64,000 bases of DNA from Elainellaceae cyanobacterium. Lineage in GTDB: Bacteria > Cyanobacteriota > Cyanobacteriia > CAKZMO01. Position numbers and translations under genes: made by a program. Below are positions 8,921-18,945 of the stretch, in pieces. Under the pieces are notes generated by a model. That model saw nothing but the letters and a program-made list of their open reading frames with translations. It was not told the DNA's origin and made no database searches. The stretch spans positions 39,522 to 103,521 of the forward strand of contig JBHJHD010000006.1 in NCBI GenBank assembly GCA_050331115.1, written 5' to 3'. Position 1 is the stretch's first letter. Every line of letters starts with the position of its first letter.

Positions 8921-10705
8921 TTATCTGGGCAACACAACCCCCGCACTGCCCCCACCGCGCCGCTGCGGCTCTGCCGCCGCTAGCATGCTGCCGTTGGGAG
9001 ACACCACGATTCCTGTAGCGGCTCCAATTTCCTCCACAGGCTGGAGCTGATGGCCCAGCGCCACCAGCGCTTGACCCACCGAGGTCTGCTCAAATTCTCC
9101 GTCCACTTGCGTAGCTTCCCCGTTGCGCTGAGAGATGCGGGCGGCGGCGATCGCCTCATCTAGAGGCAAACCAAAGTCGATGGCGTTGACGGCGATGCCC
9201 AGCACCGTGGTGATGATGGTAGAGCCGCCCGGGGATCCAAAGGCCATCACGGTTCCATCAGGGGCAACGGCGATGGTGGGGGCCATACTGCTGCGGGGTC
9301 GCTTGCCGGGCTCCGGGGCGTTGGGATGCGGGGTGATGGCGTCGAAGTCGGTCAGCTCATTGTTGAGCAAAAAGCCGTAGCCAGGGACGACGATGCCAGA
9401 GCCGCCGGTAGATTCGATGGTGAGGGTATAGGAGACGACGTTGCCTGCTGCGTCGGCGGTGGTGAGGTGGGTAGTGGAGAAGCCTTCGCCGTCTGAGCTA
9501 GCGGCGACGGACTCCAAAACACCGCTGGGGCTGGGGTCGTCTTGAAAGGGATAGGGGTTGCCCGGAGTGGCGGGGGCGATCGCAGCGGTTTCGCCAATCA
9601 GGTCGCGGCGGGCGTCAGCATACTCAGGGGCGAGCAGTCCGGCCACGGGGACATCCACGTATTCGGGGTCGCCCAGGTAGGCAGCGCGATCGCCATAGGC
9701 CAGCCGCTCGGCTTCGATCAGCTGGTGCCAGGCCTGAGGGCGCTCTAGCTCAGAGAGATTCCCCCCTTCCAGCAAATTGAGCACCTGAAACGAGGTGATG
9801 CCGCCGCTGCTGGGTAAGCCCATGCCGTAGAGCTGGTGCTCCCGGTAAGTGCTGGTGACGGGGGGGCGGGCGACGACATGGTAGCGATCGAGGTCTGCCA
9901 AGGTCATGCCGCCAGAGATAATGGGGAAGGGGGGTGCGTCCACAGTGGGAGGCTGCTGCACCGTCTGCACAATGGCCACGCCGATGTCGCCTCGGTAGAC
10001 AGCATTGGGTCCCACTTCAACAAGCTGGCGGTAGGTGCGGGCCAGATCGGGGTTGCTGAAGGTATCGCCTACGGTGGGGGGCTCGCCGTCGGGCAGGTAG
10101 AGATCGCGGGTGCTGGTAAAGGCGGCGAAGCGCTCCTGGTTGGCGGCGATTTGGGCGGCAAAGGTCTCGTCCACGGCAAACCCCGACTCGGCCAGGGCGA
10201 TCGCGGGCTGCAGCGCTCCCCCTAGGGATAGGGTGCCGTAGCGCGACAGGGCCTCCTGCCACAGCAGCGGCGTTCCCGGCACGCCCACCGCCGCACCGCT
10301 GGAGATGCGGCTGGGGAAAAAAGGCAGATTTTCGTCGGGGCTGTCGGGGTCTTGAAACATTGTGGGGGACGCAGAAGCGGGAGCTTCTTCCCTACCGTCG
10401 AGGGTGATCACCGTGCCGTTAGCCTGCCGCAGCACCATAAAGCCGCCGCCGCCGATGCCGCAAGAGAAGGGCTCTACAACCCCCAGCGCCGCCGCTGTGG
10501 CGATCGCCGCATCTATCGCATTGCCCCCCTGCTGAAGGACGTCAAGGCCAATCTGGGTGGCGCGGGTGTCTACGGAGGCGATCGCGCCGCCGCTGCCGCT
10601 GACCGAGGGGCCGAGGGGAGCCTGCGCCTGACCGGAGAGCCCGCCCCAAATGCAGACCAGCGTGACAAATAGGGCTAGAACGATTGCATTGATTCGGTGC
10701 CGCAC
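8921..10705 (-). CDS. ggt: Gamma-glutamyltransferase with signal peptide
   Basis: GGNAIDAAIA, GIGGGGF, nucleophile STTH, LLNNELTDF, PGKRPRSSMAP, GSPGGSTI. Confidence 0.95.
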   Translation of the reverse strand: MRHRINAIVLALFVTLVCIWGGLSGQAQAPLGPSVSGSGGAIASVDTRATQIGLDVLQQGGNAIDAAIATAAALGVVEPFSCGIGGGGFMVLRQANGTVITLDGREEAPASASPTMFQDPDSPDENLPFFPSRISSGAAVGVPGTPLLWQEALSRYGTLSLGGALQPAIALAESGFAVDETFAAQIAANQERFAAFTSTRDLYLPDGEPPTVGDTFSNPDLARTYRQLVEVGPNAVYRGDIGVAIVQTVQQPPTVDAPPFPIISGGMTLADLDRYHVVARPPVTSTYREHQLYGMGLPSSGGITSFQVLNLLEGGNLSELERPQAWHQLIEAERLAYGDRAAYLGDPEYVDVPVAGLLAPEYADARRDLIGETAAIAPATPGNPYPFQDDPSPSGVLESVAASSDGEGFSTTHLTTADAAGNVVSYTLTIESTGGSGIVVPGYGFLLNNELTDFDAITPHPNAPEPGKRPRSSMAPTIAVAPDGTVMAFGSPGGSTIITTVLGIAVNAIDFGLPLDEAIAAARISQRNGEATQVDGEFEQTSVGQALVALGHQLQPVEEIGAATGIVVSPNGSMLAAAEPQRRGGGSAGVVLPR

Positions 10706-10795
10706 GATGTGATGACTCCCTGTTGCGAAACTAAGGTGAGGCTTAGCTTAGATAAGTAAGGCTTGGTAAGCAGAAACGATACCTCATCTTCAGCG

Positions 10796-11161
10796 CTACT
10801 GAAACATTCGCTTGGCGTGGCTCATCAGCCAGCTGACTGCCGTAGCGCGGCGGGTTTTTCGCGGCTCTAGCTCGTCGATGGTGTAGCCCGTGAACCCTAG
10901 CTCGGTTTTGAGCAGCTGCTTATCCTGCTTAGGAATCGAGCGGGTGAGCCTGACGGTGGGGGGACGGCTATCGGTAAAGCGGGGCGGCTCAGGATAGGCC
11001 TCTCGCCACTCGGGGTCGACTTGGCCTGTGTTCCACTGCTCAGCCTCTGCGTCGTAGCGATAGCCCAGGTGATGCCACACCAGTCGGTTGACGGTAACGT
11101 CGTCTAGCTAGCCCTTGAGGATAGACCAGTAGGTCTCTGCCCTGAGGGAAGGAAGGGTCAT
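10796..11161 (-). pseudogene. DUF1823 family gene interrupted by an in-frame TAG at codon 18
   Basis: ATG at 11161 reads MTLPSLRAETYWSILKG*LDDVTVNRLVWHHLGYRYD...; the stop is at 11108-11110 and the frame continues to 10796. Confidence 0.7.
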
Positions 11162-11219
11162 AAATAGGGGCAGGTCTTGAATACCTAAACGGTATCATCT
11201 TGACTTGGACCCTGTCAGC

Positions 11220-12419
11220 TCAAGAGGTCGACTTTACCGGCTTTGGACAGCTTTGAATCATCGACACCATCAAGTCCCGATATTGAGCCGCTATGTTTTC
11301 CCAGCTGAATCGGCTCGCGTTTTCCCGGGGAATATCTCCCCAGTCACGCTCCAAAGCCTGGGCCAGCGCAGCAGCATAGGCGTCAGCGTCGGTAACGTCG
11401 CAAAAGACCCCGGCCGCCGCGACGATAGCGCGGGGACTTTCCTCGTCGGTGGTCACCACAGGAATATTGCAGGCCATGGCCTGCAGGTAGACGTTGCCAA
11501 AGGGTTCACGGTCAGACGACAGCGTGAAGACATCCGCGCTGCGGAACACCGACGGCATCTCGTCAAACGGGAAGGTGCGAATCAAAATGCGATCGCGTCC
11601 GAGCTTCTCTTCTCCCATGGCTTGGTAGTAGTCGCGATCGGGGCCGCCGCCGCAGATCAGCAGGCTACCTTTCCCCAGCCGCTGAACGGCGTCGATGGCA
11701 AGGTGGACGCGCTTGTGGTCGCGCCGATCCAAGGAGGCCACGCAGAGAATGATGGGGCGCGGCATATCGATAGAAATTGGCTGCTGCTGTGGCGAGAAGC
11801 GCACCATGTCAACCCCGTTGGGAATAATTGATGTCGACTGCTGTGGATGGGCGTTGCGGACGTAGTCCTCCATTTCTGATGAGAACACTACAAGGTGATC
11901 GGGGTGAAACTTCAGCGCTCGCGATAGAGATTTGCCGCCGCCGAGGAGTCCGGTGTGGGCCTTGAATAAGATGGGCGTATGGCGAAAGCAGCGCACAAAA
12001 GCGGCCGCGGCCATACCGCCGTAGTCGTTACAGGGGAAAATCAAATCTGCGGGATGGGTCAGGAGCCGCAGCGCGCAGCCCGGAAAGCTGGTTAGGTGCT
12101 CAAAAACGATGTCGGGATGGGTCGAAATTCGCTTGAGCGCAGGATAAATCCAGGGTTGGCGGAACATTTTGCGGCCTATGGTGCGCGGTACGCCCCCGGC
12201 AGGGTAGTAATTGGGAACGATTGGATCACCGCCCAGCAGCTCAACGTCAAAGTAAGGGCTCAGGTGGCGGCTCATCTCAATCGCAAAGTTCTCCGTTCCA
12301 CCGCTCCAGTTGACGCCTGCGCTGGGGTGAATAATGGCGACGCGATACTGCGCGTCTGCGGCGTTAGGAGATGGTGTTGCGGTAGATTTCTTTTTAGGAA
12401 AGGGGCTTTTTGTAACCAT
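11220..12419 (-). CDS. GT4 glycosyltransferase
   Basis: IIPNGVDMVRFSP, ADVFTLSS, EPFGNVYLQAMAC. Confidence 0.9.
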   Translation of the reverse strand: MVTKSPFPKKKSTATPSPNAADAQYRVAIIHPSAGVNWSGGTENFAIEMSRHLSPYFDVELLGGDPIVPNYYPAGGVPRTIGRKMFRQPWIYPALKRISTHPDIVFEHLTSFPGCALRLLTHPADLIFPCNDYGGMAAAAFVRCFRHTPILFKAHTGLLGGGKSLSRALKFHPDHLVVFSSEMEDYVRNAHPQQSTSIIPNGVDMVRFSPQQQPISIDMPRPIILCVASLDRRDHKRVHLAIDAVQRLGKGSLLICGGGPDRDYYQAMGEEKLGRDRILIRTFPFDEMPSVFRSADVFTLSSDREPFGNVYLQAMACNIPVVTTDEESPRAIVAAAGVFCDVTDADAYAAALAQALERDWGDIPRENASRFSWENIAAQYRDLMVSMIQSCPKPVKSTS

Positions 12420-12492
12420 AACTAGCTAAATTTAAGAATTCAGATACAAAAGTCAATTTTGAGGTTTAAATACAGGATAAAGCCCTAGTTTA

Positions 12493-13914
12493 CTAGCTTG
12501 GGCTTGGGCGAGATTTCCAGTTGAGCCAAAGCTTTTGAATGACTTCCCAAGACTGTTTACTAGCAATCAAAAGCCCCCCATAAGATACTACAAAAAGCAG
12601 TACACTGAGGCCTAGCGGTAGAACAATGCCGCCTAGTAATGCGGGTAGCGTTGCCAGCAGAAATCCAATTCCCAAGCGATAGTTGGGAGAACCGAACGTT
12701 TGGCTAAAAAAGATATGCATTAATCCATAGCTGGGCAGCGACAGGATTTCGGCTATGCCATATCCCCATATGCCATAGCGAGGAATTAAAAGCCCGCATC
12801 CCAGCCACAGCAGGCCAATATAAACGGCGTTAAACTGAGCCACCTTGTTGTTCTTTCCGATAGCGTAGAGTGCCCCGGAATGTAGATCAAATAGGGTAGC
12901 CACAATGATAGCTAAGGCGACAAGCGGAAATAGTCTAGCGCTAGGCAGCCAGCGCTCTCCAAACATCAGCGGGACGAGCCATAGTGCTAAGCAGGAAAAC
13001 AGCGCACAAAAGGGACCCACAAGCAAAATCTGATAAGCCATTCCCTGACTGATGGTGCGGCGAATGCGATCCGGGGAATCGAGGAACTTGGCGATCACGC
13101 TAATAGACATGCGTCGGACTACAATTCGCAACATGGCAAGCTGCTCTACAAAGCGTACCGAAATGCTGACAAGACCGGCGGCTTCAATGCCCGCTAGACG
13201 GCTAACGAGCATCGGTACGGTTAGCGCCCGCAAAGATAAGATCAGGTCAGAACCGGAGTAGGTCAGCCCGTAGTGAAGCGCGGGTTTGAGGGTCTTCATC
13301 TTCCAGCGCCAGCCCCACGAAACCGGCGAGAGCCATCGGGCTAGACCCAGCAGCAGGCCAAACTGAGCAATGACGCCAATAATCGGCCCCCAAACGGTTT
13401 GGTAGATGAGAACAATGGGAATAGCGACAGCGTAGTTGGTTATCTGCGCCGCCGTCTCGATAAGACCAACCTCAGCGAAGCGCAGCTCCCGCTCCATCAT
13501 GCCGACAGAGGCGCTAGCGAGCATCTCGAACCAAACCGGTAAGGTAAGCCAGCGGATCACCTGGGTAATCTCGGTGCGCTCTGTCCACCAGCCAAACGCC
13601 GGGGCCGAAAGGAACAAAAGACAGCAGAGCAAGAAGCCCACGGTGGTAAAAAAAGCCAGCACCTGCTCAGCGCTGTCGCGTGAAATGTCGGTTTGCCGAA
13701 TCAGGTAGACGTTAAGCCCCAGTTTACAGATCCACTTGAAGAAGTAGAAAGTGCCTAGGGCGATCGCGACGATACCGTATTTTTCGGGTCCCAGTACGCG
13801 AGCAATTAGTAAAACGCTGACCAAGGAAAAGGCCGCTGCTACCAGCTTGCGCAACGTCAAAAAAAGACCTCCTCTGATAACCTTTTCTTTTAAGCCCTCT
13901 GGTCTTTCACTCAT
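12493..13914 (-). CDS. wzx: Wzx-type oligosaccharide flippase
   Basis: Polytopic membrane protein; LIARVLGPEKYGIVA, MERELRF. Confidence 0.85.
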   Translation of the reverse strand: MSERPEGLKEKVIRGGLFLTLRKLVAAAFSLVSVLLIARVLGPEKYGIVAIALGTFYFFKWICKLGLNVYLIRQTDISRDSAEQVLAFFTTVGFLLCCLLFLSAPAFGWWTERTEITQVIRWLTLPVWFEMLASASVGMMERELRFAEVGLIETAAQITNYAVAIPIVLIYQTVWGPIIGVIAQFGLLLGLARWLSPVSWGWRWKMKTLKPALHYGLTYSGSDLILSLRALTVPMLVSRLAGIEAAGLVSISVRFVEQLAMLRIVVRRMSISVIAKFLDSPDRIRRTISQGMAYQILLVGPFCALFSCLALWLVPLMFGERWLPSARLFPLVALAIIVATLFDLHSGALYAIGKNNKVAQFNAVYIGLLWLGCGLLIPRYGIWGYGIAEILSLPSYGLMHIFFSQTFGSPNYRLGIGFLLATLPALLGGIVLPLGLSVLLFVVSYGGLLIASKQSWEVIQKLWLNWKSRPSPS

Positions 13915-14040
13915 TTTTAACTCGCAGTATGTTGAGCTAGTTTTGAATTTGACAACCCTAAGTCAGTGTGGATAGGAAGGACGCTGAAGAGAACAAAGAA
14001 CTGAACTTATGCCAGGGGTTAAGCCACGATTTTCTACCGC

Positions 14041-15495
14041 CTAGGCTGCTGTGTGTGGGCTGAGCGCGGGAGCCGAGTCAGGCTGAATCGATTGCGGGCG
14101 CTTCCAATCCCAGCCCACGGTGGCAAAAGCAACCCACCAGTAAAAAAACAGTGTGGTGTGTGTCCAAATATTTTCAGTTGACATGCCCACTATCATAGCC
14201 GCTAAAAACGCAAGCATTGCAGTGCAAATAGCTTGTTTCGATGGATTCCCCTTAGACAGTATCCAGAGTTGAACCAGACGTAGAAACTGAGCGAATATAA
14301 AAGATAAAAATAGAAATAGACCTACGACGCCCGTCTCTGCCAAAGCTCGAACGTAGTCATTGTGAGCATAGTTGGTAAATACCGTCAGAAACGAGCTAGT
14401 GTCGAGGCCGTAGCCTAGCCAGGGCGCATCTCGCCATGCGTCGATCAAAAAGGCCCATTGGGAAATACGCCAGTTGAAGCTGTTGCTGTCAAACCAGGAG
14501 AGCAACACCGCGCGCGACCAGTCTATATGGGGGTTGAGAAGGGGCGTTGCATACAGAGACCCTAGGCGCTCTCGACCAAACTCAGTACTGCCGAATAAAA
14601 CAATCACTAGAGTAATAGCGATCGCCCCACCAATGAGCTTGGGCAGGCTCAATCGAGGCACAATCATGACAATAATGAAGGTGGCAAACATCGCCAAGCT
14701 TCCTAAGGCTTTTGTGCTGACCAAGAAAAACGCTAGCGTAGCCAGCAGTCCCAGCCAAGGCACCTTGAAAGTGCTCCTCTGGAGCTGCCAGAAAGTAAGC
14801 CCTATAAAGAATAGGACAAAAGTTCCGAAGGTATTGGCGTGGCCTAAGCTTCCGCTAATGCGAGAGTTGGCCTCAAAAATCTCACCCCCATCAAATACCA
14901 GGACGGCAGGGAGCATGGACGGCGGCAGCAGCAGCTGCATTGTTGCTGTCACCAGCGGCACAATCAGCGCGAAGAATAGCGTTTGAATGACGGTCTCAGG
15001 GGGAATGCGGCCCTTGAGCTGCATAATCAGGAGGTACGCGAGTAGCCAAGATCCCACCCGAATCCACTCCCGAATGGCGATCGACATTAGAGGGGCGCTA
15101 GAGCTGCCTAGCCCTCCCAACGGAATGAACACAATCCAAAGGCCCTGCAGTCCAAGCCATATGGCAAACAGGAGCCAAAATCCATCTATTTGAATTTTTT
15201 TCCGAGTCAGCAGTAAATAGCTAACGTAGAGGATAGTGAGGGCATCCATACCTATGGCAAACGCTGCTGGAAGCTGTTGATCTGCGAATAGATCTAGGCT
15301 GCTGCGCAGTGAGAAAAGCCCCAAAACCGTATAATCGAACCGAACGAGAAGGCAGGCGAGCAGCCCAGCGACGACGAAAGCTACAGCAATCAACGCCGGT
15401 GCCTCTCCCACCAAAGCGCCAGCGGCAACGCCCAGTAGGGAACCACCTAAGCCAAGAAGGAGCGCGGGTTTAGATAGATTAAGAGGAAGCTGCAT
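14041..15495 (-). CDS. wzy: O-antigen ligase / Wzy-like polymerase
   Basis: Polytopic; GSLGHANTFG, NSFNWRI, PWLGYG, AHNDYVRALAETG. Confidence 0.8.
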   Translation of the reverse strand: MQLPLNLSKPALLLGLGGSLLGVAAGALVGEAPALIAVAFVVAGLLACLLVRFDYTVLGLFSLRSSLDLFADQQLPAAFAIGMDALTILYVSYLLLTRKKIQIDGFWLLFAIWLGLQGLWIVFIPLGGLGSSSAPLMSIAIREWIRVGSWLLAYLLIMQLKGRIPPETVIQTLFFALIVPLVTATMQLLLPPSMLPAVLVFDGGEIFEANSRISGSLGHANTFGTFVLFFIGLTFWQLQRSTFKVPWLGLLATLAFFLVSTKALGSLAMFATFIIVMIVPRLSLPKLIGGAIAITLVIVLFGSTEFGRERLGSLYATPLLNPHIDWSRAVLLSWFDSNSFNWRISQWAFLIDAWRDAPWLGYGLDTSSFLTVFTNYAHNDYVRALAETGVVGLFLFLSFIFAQFLRLVQLWILSKGNPSKQAICTAMLAFLAAMIVGMSTENIWTHTTLFFYWWVAFATVGWDWKRPQSIQPDSAPALSPHTAA

Positions 15496-15567
15496 GGCAG
15501 AAGGCGGCTAGGGGAGTGACCTGAGGCGACTAGGGTTTTTAAGCAAGCGAATGATTAGATGCTGAGC

Positions 15568-16629
15568 TCAATTGCCAAAGATGTTAAGCAAAGCGCTAAC
15601 CGGACTGAGCATAGTGCCTAGAAATTCAAACAGGTTGGTAGTATTACTGCGGGATGACGCGCCGACAAGGATGACGTCTCCCTGGCGCAGCGGGCCAGAG
15701 CGTTGACCAAACTCAAAGGTTTCCTCTTCCATGTCGCCGTCATCGCCAACGCGATAGAGGACAATACGGTTTAGGTTGGCGTCTGTTGTGGGGCCACCCG
15801 CCGCCGCAACGGCTTCACTGACGTTAACTTCCGGATCGACGGCTGTAGCGCCTGGGCTGCGAACCTCTCCTCCCACGTGGACGGTAATTTCTTCGGGGGC
15901 CAAGGTCGAGGATAGGAGAACCTGCTCATTAGAAGCGGTATTGCTTGTCGATGAGACGATGATTTCATCGCCGTTGAGAATAACTGGATCGGCGTCTAAA
16001 TCGCCTTGGAGCAGAACGTCCCAAAGGTTAACGCTCAGCTCCGTTTCATCCCCCCTTAAGGGCGCTGCAAGCGCTTGGGGAGCGCGCGATCGCCGGATGG
16101 TCACCGCAAGGATGTCGGCGCTGGGCGTCAGTCCTCCGGCCAGCACCAGCGCATCGGTGAGGGTAAACTGCTGCTCTTCTGATAGATCGTTGAGGACGAC
16201 GCTGTAGGGGCCAGGATTGATTACCTCGCCAATGACGCTTACCCGGAGCGGGCTGCGCTCGACGATAGAGAGCCCAACCTGGGGTCGCCGAACATAGGGC
16301 CGCATGGCGTCGGCAATGACTAGCGCCGCCTCTGACGGGGTCAGCCCAACGATGGCTATAGGGCCCGCTAAAGGAAGCTGTAGATAGCCGTCTGAGGTAA
16401 CGGCTTGGGTGCCCGAAAGCTCTGGAAATCCAATAATATTGAGCGCAACCGTGTCGCCCTGGCGAAGCGCCTCTGTCGTCGCGCGCTCGACATCATCCGG
16501 GCGCTCATTAATAGGGCGCGCGCCTCTGGCCGGGACGACGCCCTCTTGAGCCTGGACCACGTCTGCCCCCGTTAGAAGTAAAGCGATCGCCGCCGCCGCC
16601 GAACAGCTAAATTGCATTATTAGTTTCAT
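15568..16629 (-). CDS. wza: Wza-like polysaccharide export protein with SLBB domains
   Basis: LRQGDTVAL, GYLQLPLAG, VSVIGEVINPG, ALVLAGG; C-terminal amphipathic helix; ATGA overlap with the wzc stop. Confidence 0.88.
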   Translation of the reverse strand: MKLIMQFSCSAAAAIALLLTGADVVQAQEGVVPARGARPINERPDDVERATTEALRQGDTVALNIIGFPELSGTQAVTSDGYLQLPLAGPIAIVGLTPSEAALVIADAMRPYVRRPQVGLSIVERSPLRVSVIGEVINPGPYSVVLNDLSEEQQFTLTDALVLAGGLTPSADILAVTIRRSRAPQALAAPLRGDETELSVNLWDVLLQGDLDADPVILNGDEIIVSSTSNTASNEQVLLSSTLAPEEITVHVGGEVRSPGATAVDPEVNVSEAVAAAGGPTTDANLNRIVLYRVGDDGDMEEETFEFGQRSGPLRQGDVILVGASSRSNTTNLFEFLGTMLSPVSALLNIFGN

Positions 16630-18839
16630 TTCATCGTCGCGTTAACGTTTGCATCATGTCTGGTCTGATTGACGAGCATACCCAGGGGCCGAGACAGCAG
16701 ATTTAGGGCTCCGTGACCCGGTTCGGGCTCTGCTTCCGCCACCTGAGCTTCATTGAAGACAACGCCTATGATGGGGGTGCCGCTGCGCCGCAGCTCTTCA
16801 GCCACTTGAATCAGCTGCGATCGCTGGGTCGTGTGAGGCTGTACCACAAGCACAAGGCCATCGGTCCGCTGACTTAGGGTAGCCGCGTCGACGCTGACCG
16901 CCGCCGCGGCAGCATCCACGAGGGTTAAATCGTAGTCGTGGGGCAGCTGCTGCAGAAAGTCTGCCATCGTAGCGGTTTCTGATATCACTGCCGGTCGCTC
17001 TGGCATGCGTCCGTAGGGCAGAAGAAAAAGGTTCTTTAGATTGAGGGGTTTGACCAGAGCGGCGGCGTCCTGCTGCTGGGTGACGACATCCACTAGCCCC
17101 TGCTCAGACTTTAGCCTAAAGAATCGGCTTTGCGATCGCTCTCGCGGGTCTGCTTCTATAAGCAGCGTACGCTGGGTCAGCATGGCGGAAACCGCAGATA
17201 GATAGATACTGACTGCGGCCTGACCGTCCTCTGGGGTAATGCCGCTGAGAACGATGGCGTGCCCTCGCTCCTGACCGGCCAGCGCTGCCACCTGCTCTTG
17301 ACATCTGTGCTTTAGAACCTTTAATAGCCTACGATAGGGCTCTACCAGCGAATCTTGATTGAGAAACTCGTCGAGCTGATGAACGCCACCAATCCGGGGC
17401 GGCAGGGGCGGCAGGCTACCCAAAACCGGCAGCTGGAGCAGCGTCTCTATCTCTTTAGCGCTGTGGATAGCGTCGTCTAGGGCCTCCATTACCACAATCA
17501 AACTGCCCGCTAACAGCAGCCCTGTAACCCCACCCAGGACAAGGATTAAAGGGGCATTGGGGGCAGAGGCTTCCCCAGGAACCTCCGCTTGACCCAGGAT
17601 GCGGATATTGCTGACGATCTGAGCCTCGGCAATCCGCGCCTCTTCTAACTTATTTTGCAGTAGACGCAGCGCCTGCTCGGCCTCTTCTCGGCGGCGAATC
17701 AGGCTGACTAGCGCTTGCTGCTGGCCCGGTAGCTCGGCAGCGAGATTGCTCAAGTTTGTCCGCTGCTGCTCAACTGAGCTGAAGCGCTCTCGCAGGGCCT
17801 GCTGCTCAATCTCCCCGAGAATATACTCTTCTAAAAGGTTTTGGCTGATTTCGCTAGAGGCAGCGGTCCCAGACACACCGCCGAAGCCCTGCGGCGAGCC
17901 TAGGGCTTCGGCGTAGAGCTCCCGCAGCTGGTCCCGCTCGTCGAGTAGCGCCAGCAGTTCAGGATGCTGATCACCTAAACGAGAGCGGGCTTCGGCGATC
18001 TGGGCTTCCACACCCGTCAGGCGGTTCTTAAGCTCGATGACCTCTTCATCTTGACCAAGCTGTACTGCTCTGTAGGCGTCTGACAGCGTGTTTACCCCCG
18101 TTATATCGTCTAGCACCTGCTGCCGCTCGGCGGTCTCCTGAATCTGGCTCTTTAGAACGCGCGCTTCTCGATCTAGTTCGGCGATGCTGCTTACTAGACC
18201 AGCAGACTGAGCTTCAATAGAGACAATGCCATTCGCCTGACGAAAGCTCTGCTCTTCCGCCTCGGCCTGCGAGAGCAGAGCTTTTTGCTGAGGAACCTCA
18301 GTTTCTAGGAACTGTCGCACAGATGACGCCTCGCGGCGGATGGCGGCGGCGTTGGCCTGCGCCGCGCTAGAGGCGATCGCGTTTAAAAGCTGGGCCGCCA
18401 GCTCAGGACTCGGGCTTGTGTAGCTCAAATCCAGAAGATTGGTCGCCGGAATGATCGTAATTGACAAGCCGTCCTTTACTTCACCAATACCGGGCAGCGG
18501 CGGGGCTTCCGATGTCTGAACAGCGGCGGCCTGATCGAGGGCGTCGCGGAGGACCTGCGGCGATGTAATCAGCTCCACTTGGGTTGCTAGGGGATTGACG
18601 CCGGTAGCGGCGCTGTTGGTGAGATCGCTCAGCGCTTGCCCCAGAGCAGATACGCTAGTCTGCTGATCCTCCACCATGACGCGCACTGATGATTCATAGA
18701 GGGGTGGCGAAGTCAGCAAGTAAAAAAATGCTGCCCCTAGCGTTGACGAGAACGCTCCTATAGCTAGCCAGCAGTGTCGTCGCACCGCTGACAAAAGCGT
18801 TTTCGAAAAATCAGTTGCATTCATAGTGGACCCGACCAT
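16626..18839 (-). CDS. wzc: Wzc/GumC polysaccharide co-polymerase with degenerate kinase domain
   Basis: Two TM segments flanking a periplasmic coiled coil (LGDQHPEL); C-terminal BY-kinase-like domain with an altered Walker A. Confidence 0.88.
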   Translation of the reverse strand: MVGSTMNATDFSKTLLSAVRRHCWLAIGAFSSTLGAAFFYLLTSPPLYESSVRVMVEDQQTSVSALGQALSDLTNSAATGVNPLATQVELITSPQVLRDALDQAAAVQTSEAPPLPGIGEVKDGLSITIIPATNLLDLSYTSPSPELAAQLLNAIASSAAQANAAAIRREASSVRQFLETEVPQQKALLSQAEAEEQSFRQANGIVSIEAQSAGLVSSIAELDREARVLKSQIQETAERQQVLDDITGVNTLSDAYRAVQLGQDEEVIELKNRLTGVEAQIAEARSRLGDQHPELLALLDERDQLRELYAEALGSPQGFGGVSGTAASSEISQNLLEEYILGEIEQQALRERFSSVEQQRTNLSNLAAELPGQQQALVSLIRRREEAEQALRLLQNKLEEARIAEAQIVSNIRILGQAEVPGEASAPNAPLILVLGGVTGLLLAGSLIVVMEALDDAIHSAKEIETLLQLPVLGSLPPLPPRIGGVHQLDEFLNQDSLVEPYRRLLKVLKHRCQEQVAALAGQERGHAIVLSGITPEDGQAAVSIYLSAVSAMLTQRTLLIEADPRERSQSRFFRLKSEQGLVDVVTQQQDAAALVKPLNLKNLFLLPYGRMPERPAVISETATMADFLQQLPHDYDLTLVDAAAAAVSVDAATLSQRTDGLVLVVQPHTTQRSQLIQVAEELRRSGTPIIGVVFNEAQVAEAEPEPGHGALNLLSRPLGMLVNQTRHDANVNATMK

Positions 18840-18945
18840 CCCCGTTGTGAGTAAATTTGAGAAAATCTGAGCGGCCCGCTCAGAGAATGCGTACCCGTAG
18901 TCCCTTTGGGCACTTTATTGACCGTCACACCCCTGCCTGCACGGC

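Noticed and set aside
11108-11110. Amber recoding or programmed readthrough in DUF1823
   Set aside because: A single case, with no recoding machinery in view and other TAG codons acting as normal stops; mutation or error is simpler.
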